From an uncultured delta proteobacterium (GTDB lineage: Bacteria > Desulfobacterota > RBG-13-43-22), in NCBI GenBank assembly GCA_963790475.1, contig CAWBOS010000006.1:352001-416000 (forward strand): a stretch of 64,000 nt of DNA. The letters are read 5' to 3'. A program made the translations under genes and the position numbers. Below the pieces are notes generated by a model. It was not told where the DNA came from and searched no databases. It worked only from the letters and a program-made list of their open reading frames with translations. The number at the start of each line of letters is the position of its first letter. Within the stretch, counting starts at the first letter, position 1. Shown one piece after another: positions 30,384-41,193 of the stretch.

Positions 30384-32485
30384 TTGGAAAGCAACGAACT
30401 CTTAGAGATTTATTTTTCTGAGGCCGAAGACCTTCTCCAACGGATCGAGAAAAGCCTCCTGGTCCTGGAAGAGATGTCCGACGATCCTGCCCAGATTCAG
30501 GAGTTATTTCGTGCCGTCCACACCATGAAGAGCAGTGCAGCCATGGTAGGATTTGATACCATCTCGGAGTATGCCCATCTTTTGGAGAACCTCCTCGACC
30601 GGTTGCGGAGTGGGCGGCTTCAATCCTCCCGATCCTTGATCTCTCTTTTCCTTACCGGCCAGGGATTGTTGCGAAACATGGTCGAAAAGGCCTCTCGCGG
30701 GGAGGAACCGATCACCCCCTTTGAACTGACGGCTCAAAAAGAACAACTGGCCCGGTTCATGGGTATTCCGGGTAGGGAAGAAGCGGCCTCGGTCTTGCCT
30801 TCAATTCTATCTTTAAAGGAAGAGCAAGACCATTTTTATAAAATCGTCCTTTCCTTTAAAGAAGATCTGTTTTTTTCCGGGCAAGATCCCTTGATGCTCC
30901 TCAGAGAACTTCAGGACCTGGGGGAGATTGTCCAGGTGAAAGCCGATTGCTCCCGGGTTCCAGAGATTACCCAATTGAATCCTTTTGCCCTCTATCTCTC
31001 CTGGAAAATCCTGTTTCGAACCAAGGAACCCTCGGCTTCCATTGAGGAAGTCTTTTGTTTTGTCAAAGATGATCATCCACTGGAAATAACGGATGCTACC
31101 CGGGAGTTTCCTGAAGGGATCGATCGGTCCCTGGCCGACAAACGAATCGGAGAAATACTTATTGAGGAGGGGTTCATAAATTCAGAGGATTTAAGGGAAG
31201 CTTTACAGGATCAAAAAAAAATCGGCCAAGTACTTTTGGAAAAGGGAAAAGTGGAGGCGAAAACCATTTCCCAGCTCATGGCCGAACAAGAAAAAAGCCG
31301 CATCCTGCAAAGGAAATCGACCATCAGGGTGGACACCCAAAAATTGGATAATTTGGCCAATTTCGTGGAAGAATTGTCGGTTAATCTTTCCAGGGTTTCC
31401 CACGAAATGGAAAAAAATGGTCCCGCCTCCTCCCGGGTCATATTGGAAGAAATGGACCGGGTAGAACAGAATTTAAGAGAAATCCGCGAACAGGTCATGC
31501 GCGTTCGGATGTTTCCCCTGGAAGGGACTTTTCAGAGACTCCAACGGATGGCCCGGGACCTGACCGTCGAGGAAGGGAAAGAAGCCAGGATCGAGATCCA
31601 GGGGTCGGAGACCGAATTGGATAAGGATGTGATCGAGCAGATCACCGACCCGCTGAAACATTGTATCCGAAATGCTGTCGATCATGGAATCGAGTCCCCG
31701 GAAGAACGATTGAAAAGCGGTAAACAACCCCAGGGACTCCTGTCCATCAAGGCCTTTCAAAGGGAAGGGAAAATTTTTATCCAGGTTGCCGACGACGGCC
31801 GGGGACTGGATCTGGAAGCCATCTACCGGAAGGCGGTTGAAAAAAAGCTCATCTCTCCGGAAACTAGGCCGGCACCGGCAGAATTGCAGCGTTTGATCCT
31901 GCTTCCGGGTTTTTCTACAGTTGAAAATATTTCCGATCTTTCCGGCCGAGGGGTCGGTATGGATGTGGTCCAGGACCAAATCTCTCGAATAGGGGGTCAG
32001 GTGGATATTTCTTCTTCTCCGGGACAGGGAACGACTTTCACCTTGAGTATCCCTTTAACCCTGGCGGTCCTGGATGGTCTCCGGATTGATGTTGGCGGGG
32101 AATCCTATCTGGTGCCGGTGTCTTCGGTTCTGACCATCAGGGCGATTCAGGACCAGGACATTAAAACCGTTGAGGCCAGGGAGGAAATGATCCGCTTTGA
32201 AGAGTCTTATATACCGGCTATTCGACTGGAAAACGTATTGGGCACTCCCGAGAAAAGGAAAAACGGCCAAAGATCGCGCTGATTCTGGACAGCGACAAAA
32301 GAAAATTTGCTCTGCTGGTCGATCAGATTTTAGAAACCCGGCAGGTGGTCATCAAGGGGCTGGAGGCCCATTTCCGGGCTATCCCGGGGGTAGCCGGGGG
32401 AGCGATTCTCGGAGACGGAACGGTTTGTTTAATCCTGGATATCTACGGCTTGGACCGCATGATTTTTGGGGATTCCATGACCTGA
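30384..32485 (+). pseudogene. cheA: CheA histidine kinase with a frameshift in the C-terminal CheW domain
   Basis: HPt FRAVHTMKS, IRNAVDHGIE and SGRGVGMDVV. Frame 1 stops at 32282; the -1 frame continues KIALILD...LLVDQIL...VVIKGL...GAILGDGTVCLILDI to TGA 32485. Confidence 0.9.
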
Positions 32486-32606
32486 ACCAAATTGCAGAGG
32501 CTATGTGCAGGATTTACGATAACCCAAACCAAGATTCATTTTTCCCGGTCAATGGAATTCTACAGTCCGAAATTTGAAATCTAAAATTAAAAAAGGGGAG
32601 TCTTTT

Positions 32607-34478
32607 ATGAGTCGGCTGAATTTTAGGGAAATTAGAAAAAGCCTTCGGTTTAAAATTATGGCCATCCTGGTGATTACCTTCGGTTTGCTCGGGGGGGCCT
32701 TGATGTCCTTTTCCAAATACTCCCATTCCTCCATTCAAGAGGTCTTTTCCCTGGGTATCTTGGGAGGGGTGGCCATCATTTTCATCCTCTATTTTTTTAT
32801 TTATAAACTAATAACCCAAAGGATAAGGACCTTAACCAAGCTGACCCGGGAAATTTCTCAAGGGAGTTTAGACCTGGAGATTCCTTTTCTGGGAGAAGAC
32901 TCCCTCGGTCGTTTGGCTGACAATATCCGGATCATGGTTCAAAACCATAAGGACCAGATGGAATACGCCAATATCCTGAAGGGTGTCATTCCCGTCCCTC
33001 TGTTTTTCGTCGATCATGATATGACCGTCACCTTTCTCAATAAATCGGCCTGTACAACATCGGGTCTTTCTCCCGCTGATGTTGAAGGAAAGATGAAGTG
33101 TTGGGATGTGTTTAACTCCAACAAGTGCCAGGATGGCTGTATCTTGAAAAAAACGCTTCAAACCGCTAAATTCAACACCGGTGATGTTCAGTATATTCAA
33201 CCCAAAAAAGGGAAGCCCATGACGATCATGGCCTCCGCCTCACCCCTCAAAGATTCCAAGGGGAACCTCCTGGGTGCCTTGGAAATCTTTCGGGATATCT
33301 CCGAACAGGTTCAGACCGAGAATCTATTAAAGGAAGCCGCTCAAAAAAAGGAGGAGGATCGGAAATATCTGGAAGAGCGGGTCGAGAAACTGACGGCCGT
33401 ATTGCTGAAAGCCGCCGAGGGAGACCTTTCCATCCAGGCCCCGGTTGATGCAAAAAATGATATCATAGACCAGCTTTCCGTTAAAACCAATGAGACCTTC
33501 GATAACATGGGAAGATTGATAGCTCAAACCAAGGGTGCGGCCCTGGGCGTGGCCCAATTGGCCGCCCAAATATCCGGGGGCAATCAGGATCTTTCCCTGC
33601 GGACTCAGCAGCAGGCCGGTACCATGGAAGAAATCAGCGCCACTATGGAAGAAATGTCCACCTCGATTCTTCAAACGGCTAACAACACCAGGCGGGCCGA
33701 TCAAATGGCCAGGGAGGCCGTCGGTCTGGCTCTGGAGGGCAATCAAGTCCTCCAAAAAACCTCTTCTTCCATGGACCAGGTCATTCAATCCAGTCAAAAG
33801 ATTTCTGAAATATTAACCCTGGTCAATGAAATCACCTTTCAGACCAACCTGCTGGCCTTAAATGCCGCCATTGAAGCCGCCAGGGCCGGGGAACACGGCC
33901 GGGGATTCGCTGTGGTCGCTCATGAAGTCCGGAGCCTGGCCAAACGAAGTCAAGAGGCGGCCAAAGAAATTCAGGACCTGATCCATAACAGCCTTGACAA
34001 GGTTTCCTCAGTCCATAAATTAGTGGGAGAAACCCATACCAGCCTGGATAAAATCGGGACCTTGATCCAGAGGCTATCCGAACAAATCTCTCGTGTCGCC
34101 ACCGCTTCTCAGGAACAATCCAAAGGGACGGAAGAAATCAACCAGGCCTTACTTGAGCTCCAAAATATCGTCCAGCAAAATGCCCATTTGGTTGGGGACT
34201 TGGCTCATTCCAGTCAAATGCTGGCCAATAGTGCCGAAGGGCTGCAATTATCCACGGAAGGATTCATCCTGCCCAAGGCGATTGTGGTAAAAATACCGGA
34301 GTTTCAGGCCTATTCTCCAGCAAAAAAAGAAGGATCTCAAAAACTAAAAGATCGGCGAGGCCTCGAACCCCCCATCCGTCGTCGTTTGGAGGAGGACCTG
34401 ATAAAGACCAGTGTTCAGGAGGACAAACCCCTGTCTGCCGATGACCTGGATCTGGAAGAAGGGTTTGAAGAATTTTAA
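32607..34478 (+). CDS. Methyl-accepting chemotaxis protein (2TM-HAMP-PAS-HAMP-MA)
   Basis: [27 protein letters not shown] and a Cys-bearing PAS domain; ATG 32607 with GGGGAG RBS. Confidence 0.95.
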   Translation: MSRLNFREIRKSLRFKIMAILVITFGLLGGALMSFSKYSHSSIQEVFSLGILGGVAIIFILYFFIYKLITQRIRTLTKLTREISQGSLDLEIPFLGEDSLGRLADNIRIMVQNHKDQMEYANILKGVIPVPLFFVDHDMTVTFLNKSACTTSGLSPADVEGKMKCWDVFNSNKCQDGCILKKTLQTAKFNTGDVQYIQPKKGKPMTIMASASPLKDSKGNLLGALEIFRDISEQVQTENLLKEAAQKKEEDRKYLEERVEKLTAVLLKAAEGDLSIQAPVDAKNDIIDQLSVKTNETFDNMGRLIAQTKGAALGVAQLAAQISGGNQDLSLRTQQQAGTMEEISATMEEMSTSILQTANNTRRADQMAREAVGLALEGNQVLQKTSSSMDQVIQSSQKISEILTLVNEITFQTNLLALNAAIEAARAGEHGRGFAVVAHEVRSLAKRSQEAAKEIQDLIHNSLDKVSSVHKLVGETHTSLDKIGTLIQRLSEQISRVATASQEQSKGTEEINQALLELQNIVQQNAHLVGDLAHSSQMLANSAEGLQLSTEGFILPKAIVVKIPEFQAYSPAKKEGSQKLKDRRGLEPPIRRRLEEDLIKTSVQEDKPLSADDLDLEEGFEEF

Positions 34479-34575
34479 ATTATTCCCATTTACTGTTTTC
34501 AAGTTCCGGGAACACTTAACAACCGATAAAAACCGGAAAATGAGCAACGCCTAGTGGATGTTGCCTGAGGAGCCT

Positions 34576-35028
34576 ATGACGACCACTCAATATATCTCTT
34601 TTTTTCTGGACCAGGAAGAATATGCCCTCGAATTACTGAAAATCAAGGAGATCATTGCCTTTCGCCCCCTGACCAGGGTCCCCAGGATGGGAGGATTTAT
34701 CAAAGGGATTTTGAACTTAAGGGGGGTGATCCTTCCGGTCTTTGATCCCCGGGAGAAGTTCGGTCTCCCGGCCCGTCCTTATGACGGTCATACCGTCATT
34801 TTTATCATGGAACTGGTGGGGAGGTTGGTTGGGCTTATTGTGGATATGGCCAGCGATGTCATAGACCTGGACCCGCAGACCATACAACCTACTCCGGCTT
34901 TCTCCAGCTCGACGCAAAGTGATTACATCCAGGGTATCGGCTCCATAGAAAACCGCCTGGTCATCCTCCTGAATGCCGACCGCCTCTTGGACGAACAGGA
35001 AATAGCGGCCCTCGATAAAACAATTTAG
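34576..35028 (+). CDS. cheW: CheW coupling protein
   Basis: EEYALELLKIKEII...GILNLRGVILPVFD...GLIVD. Confidence 0.93.
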   Translation: MTTTQYISFFLDQEEYALELLKIKEIIAFRPLTRVPRMGGFIKGILNLRGVILPVFDPREKFGLPARPYDGHTVIFIMELVGRLVGLIVDMASDVIDLDPQTIQPTPAFSSSTQSDYIQGIGSIENRLVILLNADRLLDEQEIAALDKTI

Positions 35029-35072
35029 AGTTTTATACGGAATGGTCTAAAAGGAGTAGAAGGATTCCTTCT

Positions 35073-35900
35073 TTGGAATTAACCGATTCAGATTTTCAGG
35101 CTTTACGGACGTTTATTGCCGGCGAGGCAGGCATTCAATTGTCCGAGTTCAAGAAAGTCTTTTTAATATCCCGTCTTTCCCCAAGAATAAAAGTATTGGG
35201 ACTCTCAAGTTTTAAGGAATATCTTCGATTGTTACACAACCCTGATTCTAAAAGAGAAGAATTAGGTCATCTAATTAACCAGATAACAACCAATGAAACC
35301 CGGTTTTTCAGGGAAAACCACCACTTTGAATTCTTAACTGAAAACTATCTCCCGTCCTTGGTCCGAGATGATGACACCCCAAGGCGGATATCTTTTTGGT
35401 GCGCCGGTTGTGCAACCGGAGAGGAGGCCTACAGTCTGGCCATGATCTTGTCTGATTTTAAAAAAAAATATCCCTGGCTACAGCCCCACATCCTGGCCAC
35501 CGATATCGATTCCAAGGCTTTGGATAAGGCCAAGGCCGGGCTCTTTCCGGAAAAGGCCGCCAGGTATATTCCTCCTCGACAACTTAAAAAATACTTTCTT
35601 AAAGGAGTCAAGGAACGAAGCGGTTGGATAAAAGCCCGCTCATTGCTCAAGGAACTGATTAGCTTTGAATACTTCAATCTCCATAAGCCGGGGAATCTTT
35701 CCCGGGGACCATTTGACGGGATTTTTTGCCGCAATGTCCTGATTTATTTCCTTCCCCAATCCCAGGAAAATGTCCAGGAGGTCTTCTACCAAAATTTGAT
35801 TCCGGACGGACTTCTGTTTTTAGGCCACAGTGAAATCCTTTTTGGTAGAGAGGATGCTTTTAGAACCTTAGGGAAGACCACCTACCAGAAAATAGGATGA
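35073..35900 (+). CDS. cheR: CheR methyltransferase
   Basis: TTNETRFFRE, WCAGCATGEEAYS, IFCRNVLIYF and LGHSE. Confidence 0.95.
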   Translation: MELTDSDFQALRTFIAGEAGIQLSEFKKVFLISRLSPRIKVLGLSSFKEYLRLLHNPDSKREELGHLINQITTNETRFFRENHHFEFLTENYLPSLVRDDDTPRRISFWCAGCATGEEAYSLAMILSDFKKKYPWLQPHILATDIDSKALDKAKAGLFPEKAARYIPPRQLKKYFLKGVKERSGWIKARSLLKELISFEYFNLHKPGNLSRGPFDGIFCRNVLIYFLPQSQENVQEVFYQNLIPDGLLFLGHSEILFGREDAFRTLGKTTYQKIG

Positions 35901-35905
35901 TTAAC

Positions 35906-36085
35906 CGGTGAAAGGTGACAAGTGTCATGTGACAAGAAAGAAAATGAAGAGTGACAGGGGAACCGAGAGGTGGGAATATTGGAGTAACTGGATATATGAT
36001 CGTCTCGTGCCTCCCTTACTCCGACACTCCATTGCTCCAGTTTCCCGCTTTCCTGGTTTTTCTTGTCACTTGTCACTAGTCACCG
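35906..36085. repeat. Nested inverted tandem-repeat hairpin between cheR and cheD
   Basis: Outer arms CGGTGAAAGGTGACAAGTGTCATGTGACAAGAAA / TTTCTTGTCACTTGTCACTAGTCACCG; inner arms TATTGGAGTAACTGGA / TTACTCCGACACTCCATTGCTCCA. Confidence 0.75.
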
Positions 36086-36101
36086 AGGTTAAGGAAATTT
36101 T

Positions 36102-36683
36102 ATGCAAACCGGATATAGTGAAAAATATCAACTCCCGATCCACTTTTTGAATCCCGGGGAATATTATGCCACCGACCGGCCGGAGATCCTGTGCACCGTG
36201 CTCGGTTCCTGTATCTCGGTCTGTCTGATCGACGAAAAGAACCAAATAGGCGGGATGAACCATTTTATGCTCCCGGGATGTATTTCCAGCAATGAAATCC
36301 TGATCAGCGAAATAGGCCGCTATGGCCTCTATGCCATGGAACTGCTGATTGGGGAAATTATTAAAAAAGGGGGAGACCGCAAGGCGATTAAAGGAAGATG
36401 CTTTGGAGGGGGAGCGGTATTACGGTTCCGCCAATCCGACGGGGATATTCCGGAAGCCAATATCCATTTTATTCGAAAATATTTTGAATTAGAAAAAATT
36501 CCCCTGATTTCCGAAGACCTGGGGGGTGCCCAGGGGCGAAAAATTTATTTCTTTATTCCTCAAGGTCGAGTCCTGTTGAAACGGCTGAAGGATATTACGG
36601 AAGAGCTGATCCAATTGGAAAATGAATACAAAGGCTCCCTTTTTAGGAAAAGGATAAGGCCTTCATTCCCGGCCAAGGGTTAA
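36102..36683 (+). CDS. cheD: CheD chemoreceptor glutamine deamidase
   Basis: TVLGSCISVC, GGMNHFMLP, RYGLYAMELL and EDLGG..GRK. Confidence 0.93.
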   Translation: MQTGYSEKYQLPIHFLNPGEYYATDRPEILCTVLGSCISVCLIDEKNQIGGMNHFMLPGCISSNEILISEIGRYGLYAMELLIGEIIKKGGDRKAIKGRCFGGGAVLRFRQSDGDIPEANIHFIRKYFELEKIPLISEDLGGAQGRKIYFFIPQGRVLLKRLKDITEELIQLENEYKGSLFRKRIRPSFPAKG

Positions 36684-36741
36684 TAATAATTGCCGAGGCC
36701 ATCTTTTTGAAAATAGGTAACCGTTAAACGAGGAGCTTATC

Positions 36742-37798
36742 TTGAAAAGAATTCGCGTGCTGATCGTAGACGATTCCCCGCTGATGCAGTCCTGGCTGCA
36801 AAAAAATCCTTTCGGCCGATCCTGAAATCGGGGAAGTGACCACGGCCCAAAATCCTTATGAGGCCAAATTATCTATTCAGACCAAGCGGCCCGACGTCAT
36901 CACCTTGGATGTGGAGATGCCCGGGATGGACGGAATTTCTTTTTTAAAAGAATTAATGTCCACCAACCCTTTGCCTGTGGTTATGGTCAGCGCCTATACT
37001 CAGGAGAATTGTCAAACCACGATCAAGGCCCTTTCTCTGGGGGCGGTGGATTTTATCCCCAAACCAGGTCCTGGTTTAAAGGAGGAGAAAGAAACCTTCC
37101 CTCAAAGACTTCTGACTAAAGTCAAAGAAGCGGCCCAGGCCCGAGCCCTATCGCCTCTTCCTGCCCCAACCCCTTTACCTTCTTATCGACAGGAAATTGG
37201 AACAGCCCCTCAGCCCTCTCGAGAAGGGCAAGGGGTTGTAATCGGGATTGGGGCCTCCACCGGCGGGACCCAGGCCCTGATCTTTCTACTCTCCCATTTG
37301 CCTGAAGATATGCCTCCGATGGTTATTGTCCAACATATGCCCCCCCAGTTTACTGGCGCCTTCGCCGCCCATTTGGACCAAATCTCTTGCTTAACCGTAA
37401 AAGAGGCCCGATCGGGAGACCGTCTGAAACGAGGGCTGGCCCTGGTTGTTCCAGGGGGTAAACATGGTCAGATCCAAAGAGATCAACAGGGCCTTTTTCT
37501 GACCCTTAATGAAGATCCACCGGTAAATCATCATCGCCCTTCAGTGGATATTTTGTTTCATTCCCTGGCCGAAACTGTTCGAGAAAAAGGAATCGGTATT
37601 CTGCTGACCGGGATGGGGGAAGACGGGGCTCGTGGGCTTCTGGCCATGCGGAAACAAGGAGCCAGTACCCTGGCTCAGGATGAATCGACTTCCACCATTT
37701 TTGGAATGCCCCAGGCGGCCATAAAATTGGGAGCGGCCCAGGCCGTAACCCCTTTGCAGGAAGTGCCTGCCTGGCTTATTAAGATTGCGAGGTCATAA
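36742..37798 (+). pseudogene. cheB: CheB methylesterase with one extra A in the receiver domain
   Basis: TTG 36742 (AGGAG RBS) gives MKRIRVLIVDDSPLMQ. The A7 run at 36800-36806 breaks the frame; A6 would restore QKILSADPEIGEV. Downstream: LDVEMP, GASTGG, QHMP and TGMGEDG. Confidence 0.9.
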
Positions 37799-37804
37799 CC
37801 GGCC

Positions 37805-38719
37805 ATGAGTAAAATCCTGATCATTGATGACAGCCGTCTGATCACTCAGTTCGGAAAAAGCATTCTGACCGGTAAGGGCCTTGAGGTCTTGACCGCCGAA
37901 TCAGGGGAAATGGGCCTGGAACTGGCCGTTCAGGAGCAGCCGGATTTGATCCTTTTAGATGTAATCCTTCCGGGGATGGATGGCTATCAGATCTGTGAAC
38001 AATTAAAAAAAACCGACAAAAGCAAAGACATCCCCGTGATCATGCTGACCTCCAAAGCCGAACCAGCCGACAAAATCAAAGGTCTGGTGCTGGGGGCGGT
38101 GGATTATGTAGCCAAACCCTTTGATGCCGGTGAGCTGATCGCCCGGGTCAATACTCATTTGCGAATAAAAGAACTTTATGAAGCGCTTCAGGAAAGAAAT
38201 CGTAAACTTCAAGAGATGGCCAACCGGGACGGGCTGACTAATCTATATAACCACCGTTTTTTTCATGAGCACTTGAGCCGGGAGATGGACCGGGTGAGGC
38301 GCTATGGCGGGACCATTACCTGTGTCATTAGCGATATTGATTTTTTTAAGAGGGTCAATGACACTTATGGCCACCAGATCGGGGACATTATCTTGAAAGA
38401 AGCGGCCCAGATCCTTGAAAAAGGAATTCGGGAAAGCGACCTGGCCGCCCGTTATGGAGGAGAAGAATTCGGATTGGTCCTTTTACAAATCGAAAGCCAG
38501 GCCGCCCTCTTGGTCTGTGAACGGATCAGGGCCCAGATCGCCGCCAGGCCTTTTACAGCCGTTAATCCCCCCCTACATGTTACGGCCAGTTTCGGAATTG
38601 CCTCTTTCCCTTCGACCGGGATTGAAGAAGAGAAAGACCTGGTTGAAGCTGCCGATCTGGCCTTATATAAAGCCAAGGAAGGCGGGAGAAACAGGGTAGT
38701 GTTATTTGAGGCAATTTAA
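37805..38719 (+). CDS. Response-regulator diguanylate cyclase (REC-GGDEF, WspR/PleD-like)
   Basis: REC LLDVILP; DGLTNLYN, DIDFFKRVNDTYGH, RESD I-site and RYGGEEF. Confidence 0.95.
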   Translation: MSKILIIDDSRLITQFGKSILTGKGLEVLTAESGEMGLELAVQEQPDLILLDVILPGMDGYQICEQLKKTDKSKDIPVIMLTSKAEPADKIKGLVLGAVDYVAKPFDAGELIARVNTHLRIKELYEALQERNRKLQEMANRDGLTNLYNHRFFHEHLSREMDRVRRYGGTITCVISDIDFFKRVNDTYGHQIGDIILKEAAQILEKGIRESDLAARYGGEEFGLVLLQIESQAALLVCERIRAQIAARPFTAVNPPLHVTASFGIASFPSTGIEEEKDLVEAADLALYKAKEGGRNRVVLFEAI

Positions 38720-38729
38720 CCGGACAACC

Positions 38730-39248
38730 TCATAGGTGTTCCCAGTATTTCTTTTCCCTTTTGGCCTTTTTGGAAAGACGAAAAGCAGTTCCCTTTTTCT
38801 TTTTGGGCGGGCCCCCCGGATTTTCTTCCTTAAATGTCTTTTGATTTACAGCCCGGATTTGTTCTTGAATCCGATGCGCGAAATCCTCAGAACGAATCCA
38901 GCCGGCTTTGAAAAACCGGCAATAGGAACCCAATTCCTGATCCGAGGTGACTACCAGGGTTTTCTCCCCCTCTGTTTTAGCTAACCGTTTGATGATATCA
39001 TCAGCGGTCTGTCCTCGGGGAGAATACAGGATTTTTATTCCCTTATAGATATCCCTCCCTTCGGTCAGGCCCCCTCCCTGCCCTCCATCAAAAACAACGG
39101 TGACGGGATTGGGGATTTTTTTCCGGTATTGAGACAGCCATTCCAATAATTTTTCCCGTCCTTGGGAAAAATCGGTTTTTTCCACCCGGGACAAAGGCTG
39201 GTATTTCCGGATCAAATTATAGCCATCAATAAGAATATGAATCGTCAT
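38730..39248 (-). CDS. NYN-domain RNase (YacP/Rae1-like)
   Basis: ILIDGYNL, VVFDG, TADDII and VVTSD. Confidence 0.88.
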   Translation of the reverse strand: MTIHILIDGYNLIRKYQPLSRVEKTDFSQGREKLLEWLSQYRKKIPNPVTVVFDGGQGGGLTEGRDIYKGIKILYSPRGQTADDIIKRLAKTEGEKTLVVTSDQELGSYCRFFKAGWIRSEDFAHRIQEQIRAVNQKTFKEENPGGPPKKKKGTAFRLSKKAKREKKYWEHL

Positions 39249-39286
39249 TTTCTTCCTGGAAGGGGGAGCCAAACTCCCGGACAACC

Positions 39287-39823
39287 TTATAAATTGATTA
39301 TGAAGCCATCTTTATGGTGGAAATCGGCCTCGGGGCCGGGATGGGTCAAGGCCCACAGAGTTACTTCGCCCTGTTTGGTTTTTATAACGGTGCTGACCGC
39401 CATCGTCAAAGCTTGATCGGCCAGAATAATTATACTCAAATCAAATTCCAAGACAAGCCGGAAAGAATCCGGTTGCACCTGAGCTTTACAGGGAAGAAAG
39501 GAGAAGGCTTTTTCTTCAAAGAGCCCTTGACGGTAGTTTTCGAAACAGAAGACATTCCAATCTCCGGAGGGGGAAAGGTTAAATTCCCAGTAACGGTTCG
39601 AATCCCTTGGGCCAATGAAAAACTCAAAGCAGGTGTTCTCCCATAATCCGATCCTTCGGGAAGGTCTGTTGGCTGAGGGGGGGATCTCAATATCTGTTAG
39701 GTCTCCGAAAAGGTGATAGTCGAGGCCAAAGGTGTTGCCCCGGCGAAAGAAGGTGCCGGTCATCTTAAAAGGCAACGGCCGGGTCCCTGGAAACGGCAGC
39801 AAGGAGAAGTTCCGAGGTCTCAT
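39287..39823 (-). CDS. DOMON-like carbohydrate-binding domain protein
   Basis: GLWENTCFEFFI...YWEFNLSPSGDWN...WALTHPGPEADFH. Confidence 0.8.
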   Translation of the reverse strand: MRPRNFSLLPFPGTRPLPFKMTGTFFRRGNTFGLDYHLFGDLTDIEIPPSANRPSRRIGLWENTCFEFFIGPRDSNRYWEFNLSPSGDWNVFCFENYRQGLFEEKAFSFLPCKAQVQPDSFRLVLEFDLSIIILADQALTMAVSTVIKTKQGEVTLWALTHPGPEADFHHKDGFIINL

Positions 39824-40920
39824 TTGATCTCCCCGATAAGGGCCCGAATGGCTGATTCCAGTGACTCAATGCTTTCGGTAAGCTTAAATTGAACCAAGGC
39901 CCGGATCAGATTCTGTTTTTTGTGGCTAATCTTGAAGTAGACATTCCCTTCCAGATAGTCGGTGAAAAATCGGAGACCCAGTTCAAAGGCGATCAGCCGA
40001 ACGGCCTCATAAATGTAATCATAGTCATTTTCTATTAGGAAACTCCGGGCCAGGGGAAGATAGCCCTCCAAAATGTCCCGGCCAAGCTCGGGTTCAAAGC
40101 AAACCGTCTCCCATTGTTCGGTCTCCTCTCCCAGTGGATTGCAGCAGGATCGGAGACAGTCACCGATATCGTAATGAATCAGGCCGGGTTTGACGGTGTC
40201 GAGGTCCACAAGGCTAACGGCCTGCCGGGTGGTGATGTCGATCATGACATTGTTGACCTTGGGGTCTCCATGGATCGGACGGAGATAAAGGGTGCCCTGT
40301 TCTTTAGCCTTTTCCAGAATATCGGCCATGGTCCTTCGCTGGTCTACAAATGCCAACCCATATTTCACCTCCGGGGACCTGGGCGGGCTTTTTTTGCTCA
40401 GGGCGGCGTCAAATCGCCGGAGATAGCCCGGCAGTATATGGAATCCTTCCAGCGTATCGGCCAGTTTTTCAATAGGCAGGTCCCTGGTGAGGGCGTGGAA
40501 CATCCCCAGGGCATAGCCGACTTCCCGGGCATGTGAGGGGTCCTGGATGGTGTCAAAGGACCGGGCCCGATCAATAAAGCTGAGTGCCCGCCAGAAGGCC
40601 CCATCCGGGCCGATCCAGTGGTCCTGACCGTTTTGGGTCAACAAAACCCGGGGAACCCCCCAACGGCGTCCGGGGCTCAAGGGGAAATGCCGGAGGGCAT
40701 TGCGGACATGATCGCTGAAGGCCCTCAGGTTCTGCATGACCAGTTCCGGTTGACGAAAGACACGGGTGTTGATGTGCTGCAGAATATATTTATTTTCTGC
40801 CTGGCCGTCCAGGGTTACCAGGAAGGTGTCATGGACATTTCCCTTCCCATAGGCGCGGATGTTGATAATATTATCCTGCGGTTTAAATTGTTCGGCGGCG
40901 AGGGAAACAGGCTTATTCAA
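39820..40920 (-). CDS. Aminoglycoside-phosphotransferase-fold kinase (N-acetylhexosamine kinase-like)
   Basis: GNVHDTF, HGDPKVNN, DLDTV...DIGDCLRS and LGLRFFTDYLEG. Confidence 0.85.
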   Translation of the reverse strand: MNKPVSLAAEQFKPQDNIINIRAYGKGNVHDTFLVTLDGQAENKYILQHINTRVFRQPELVMQNLRAFSDHVRNALRHFPLSPGRRWGVPRVLLTQNGQDHWIGPDGAFWRALSFIDRARSFDTIQDPSHAREVGYALGMFHALTRDLPIEKLADTLEGFHILPGYLRRFDAALSKKSPPRSPEVKYGLAFVDQRRTMADILEKAKEQGTLYLRPIHGDPKVNNVMIDITTRQAVSLVDLDTVKPGLIHYDIGDCLRSCCNPLGEETEQWETVCFEPELGRDILEGYLPLARSFLIENDYDYIYEAVRLIAFELGLRFFTDYLEGNVYFKISHKKQNLIRALVQFKLTESIESLESAIRALIGEIK

Positions 40921-41132
40921 AATTTTCCTTAGAAGAGAATAAATAGGAAACCGATACTCTTATTCTAAACAAAATTGGCTCGATCAACAAGGATATTAAT
41001 CGGACATGGTTCAATGTGTCCCTATTTTATGAAATCGCTAACACGCTTTTGGGAAAAAAGCGCGAAAAGAAGATGGCCGATTGAATCAAAATCAAATATT
41101 TGCAAGGTGAAATGGGCCCTAGACCAAAGGGC

Positions 41133-41161
41133 TTGACATTCCGGAGTAATCCCGTTATAAC
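41133..41161 (+). promoter_or_regulatory. Putative sigma70 promoter of the rml operon
   Basis: TTGACA-17 nt-TATAAC. Confidence 0.65.
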
Positions 41162-41193
41162 CAACTAAAATGCCTAAAGAAGGAAGATTACTG

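Noticed and set aside
30384-37798. Selenocysteine readthrough of the TGA stops in cheA and cheB (yedF is present in the window)
   Set aside because: The homologous sequence resumes in a different frame, so these are frameshifts rather than in-frame UGA.
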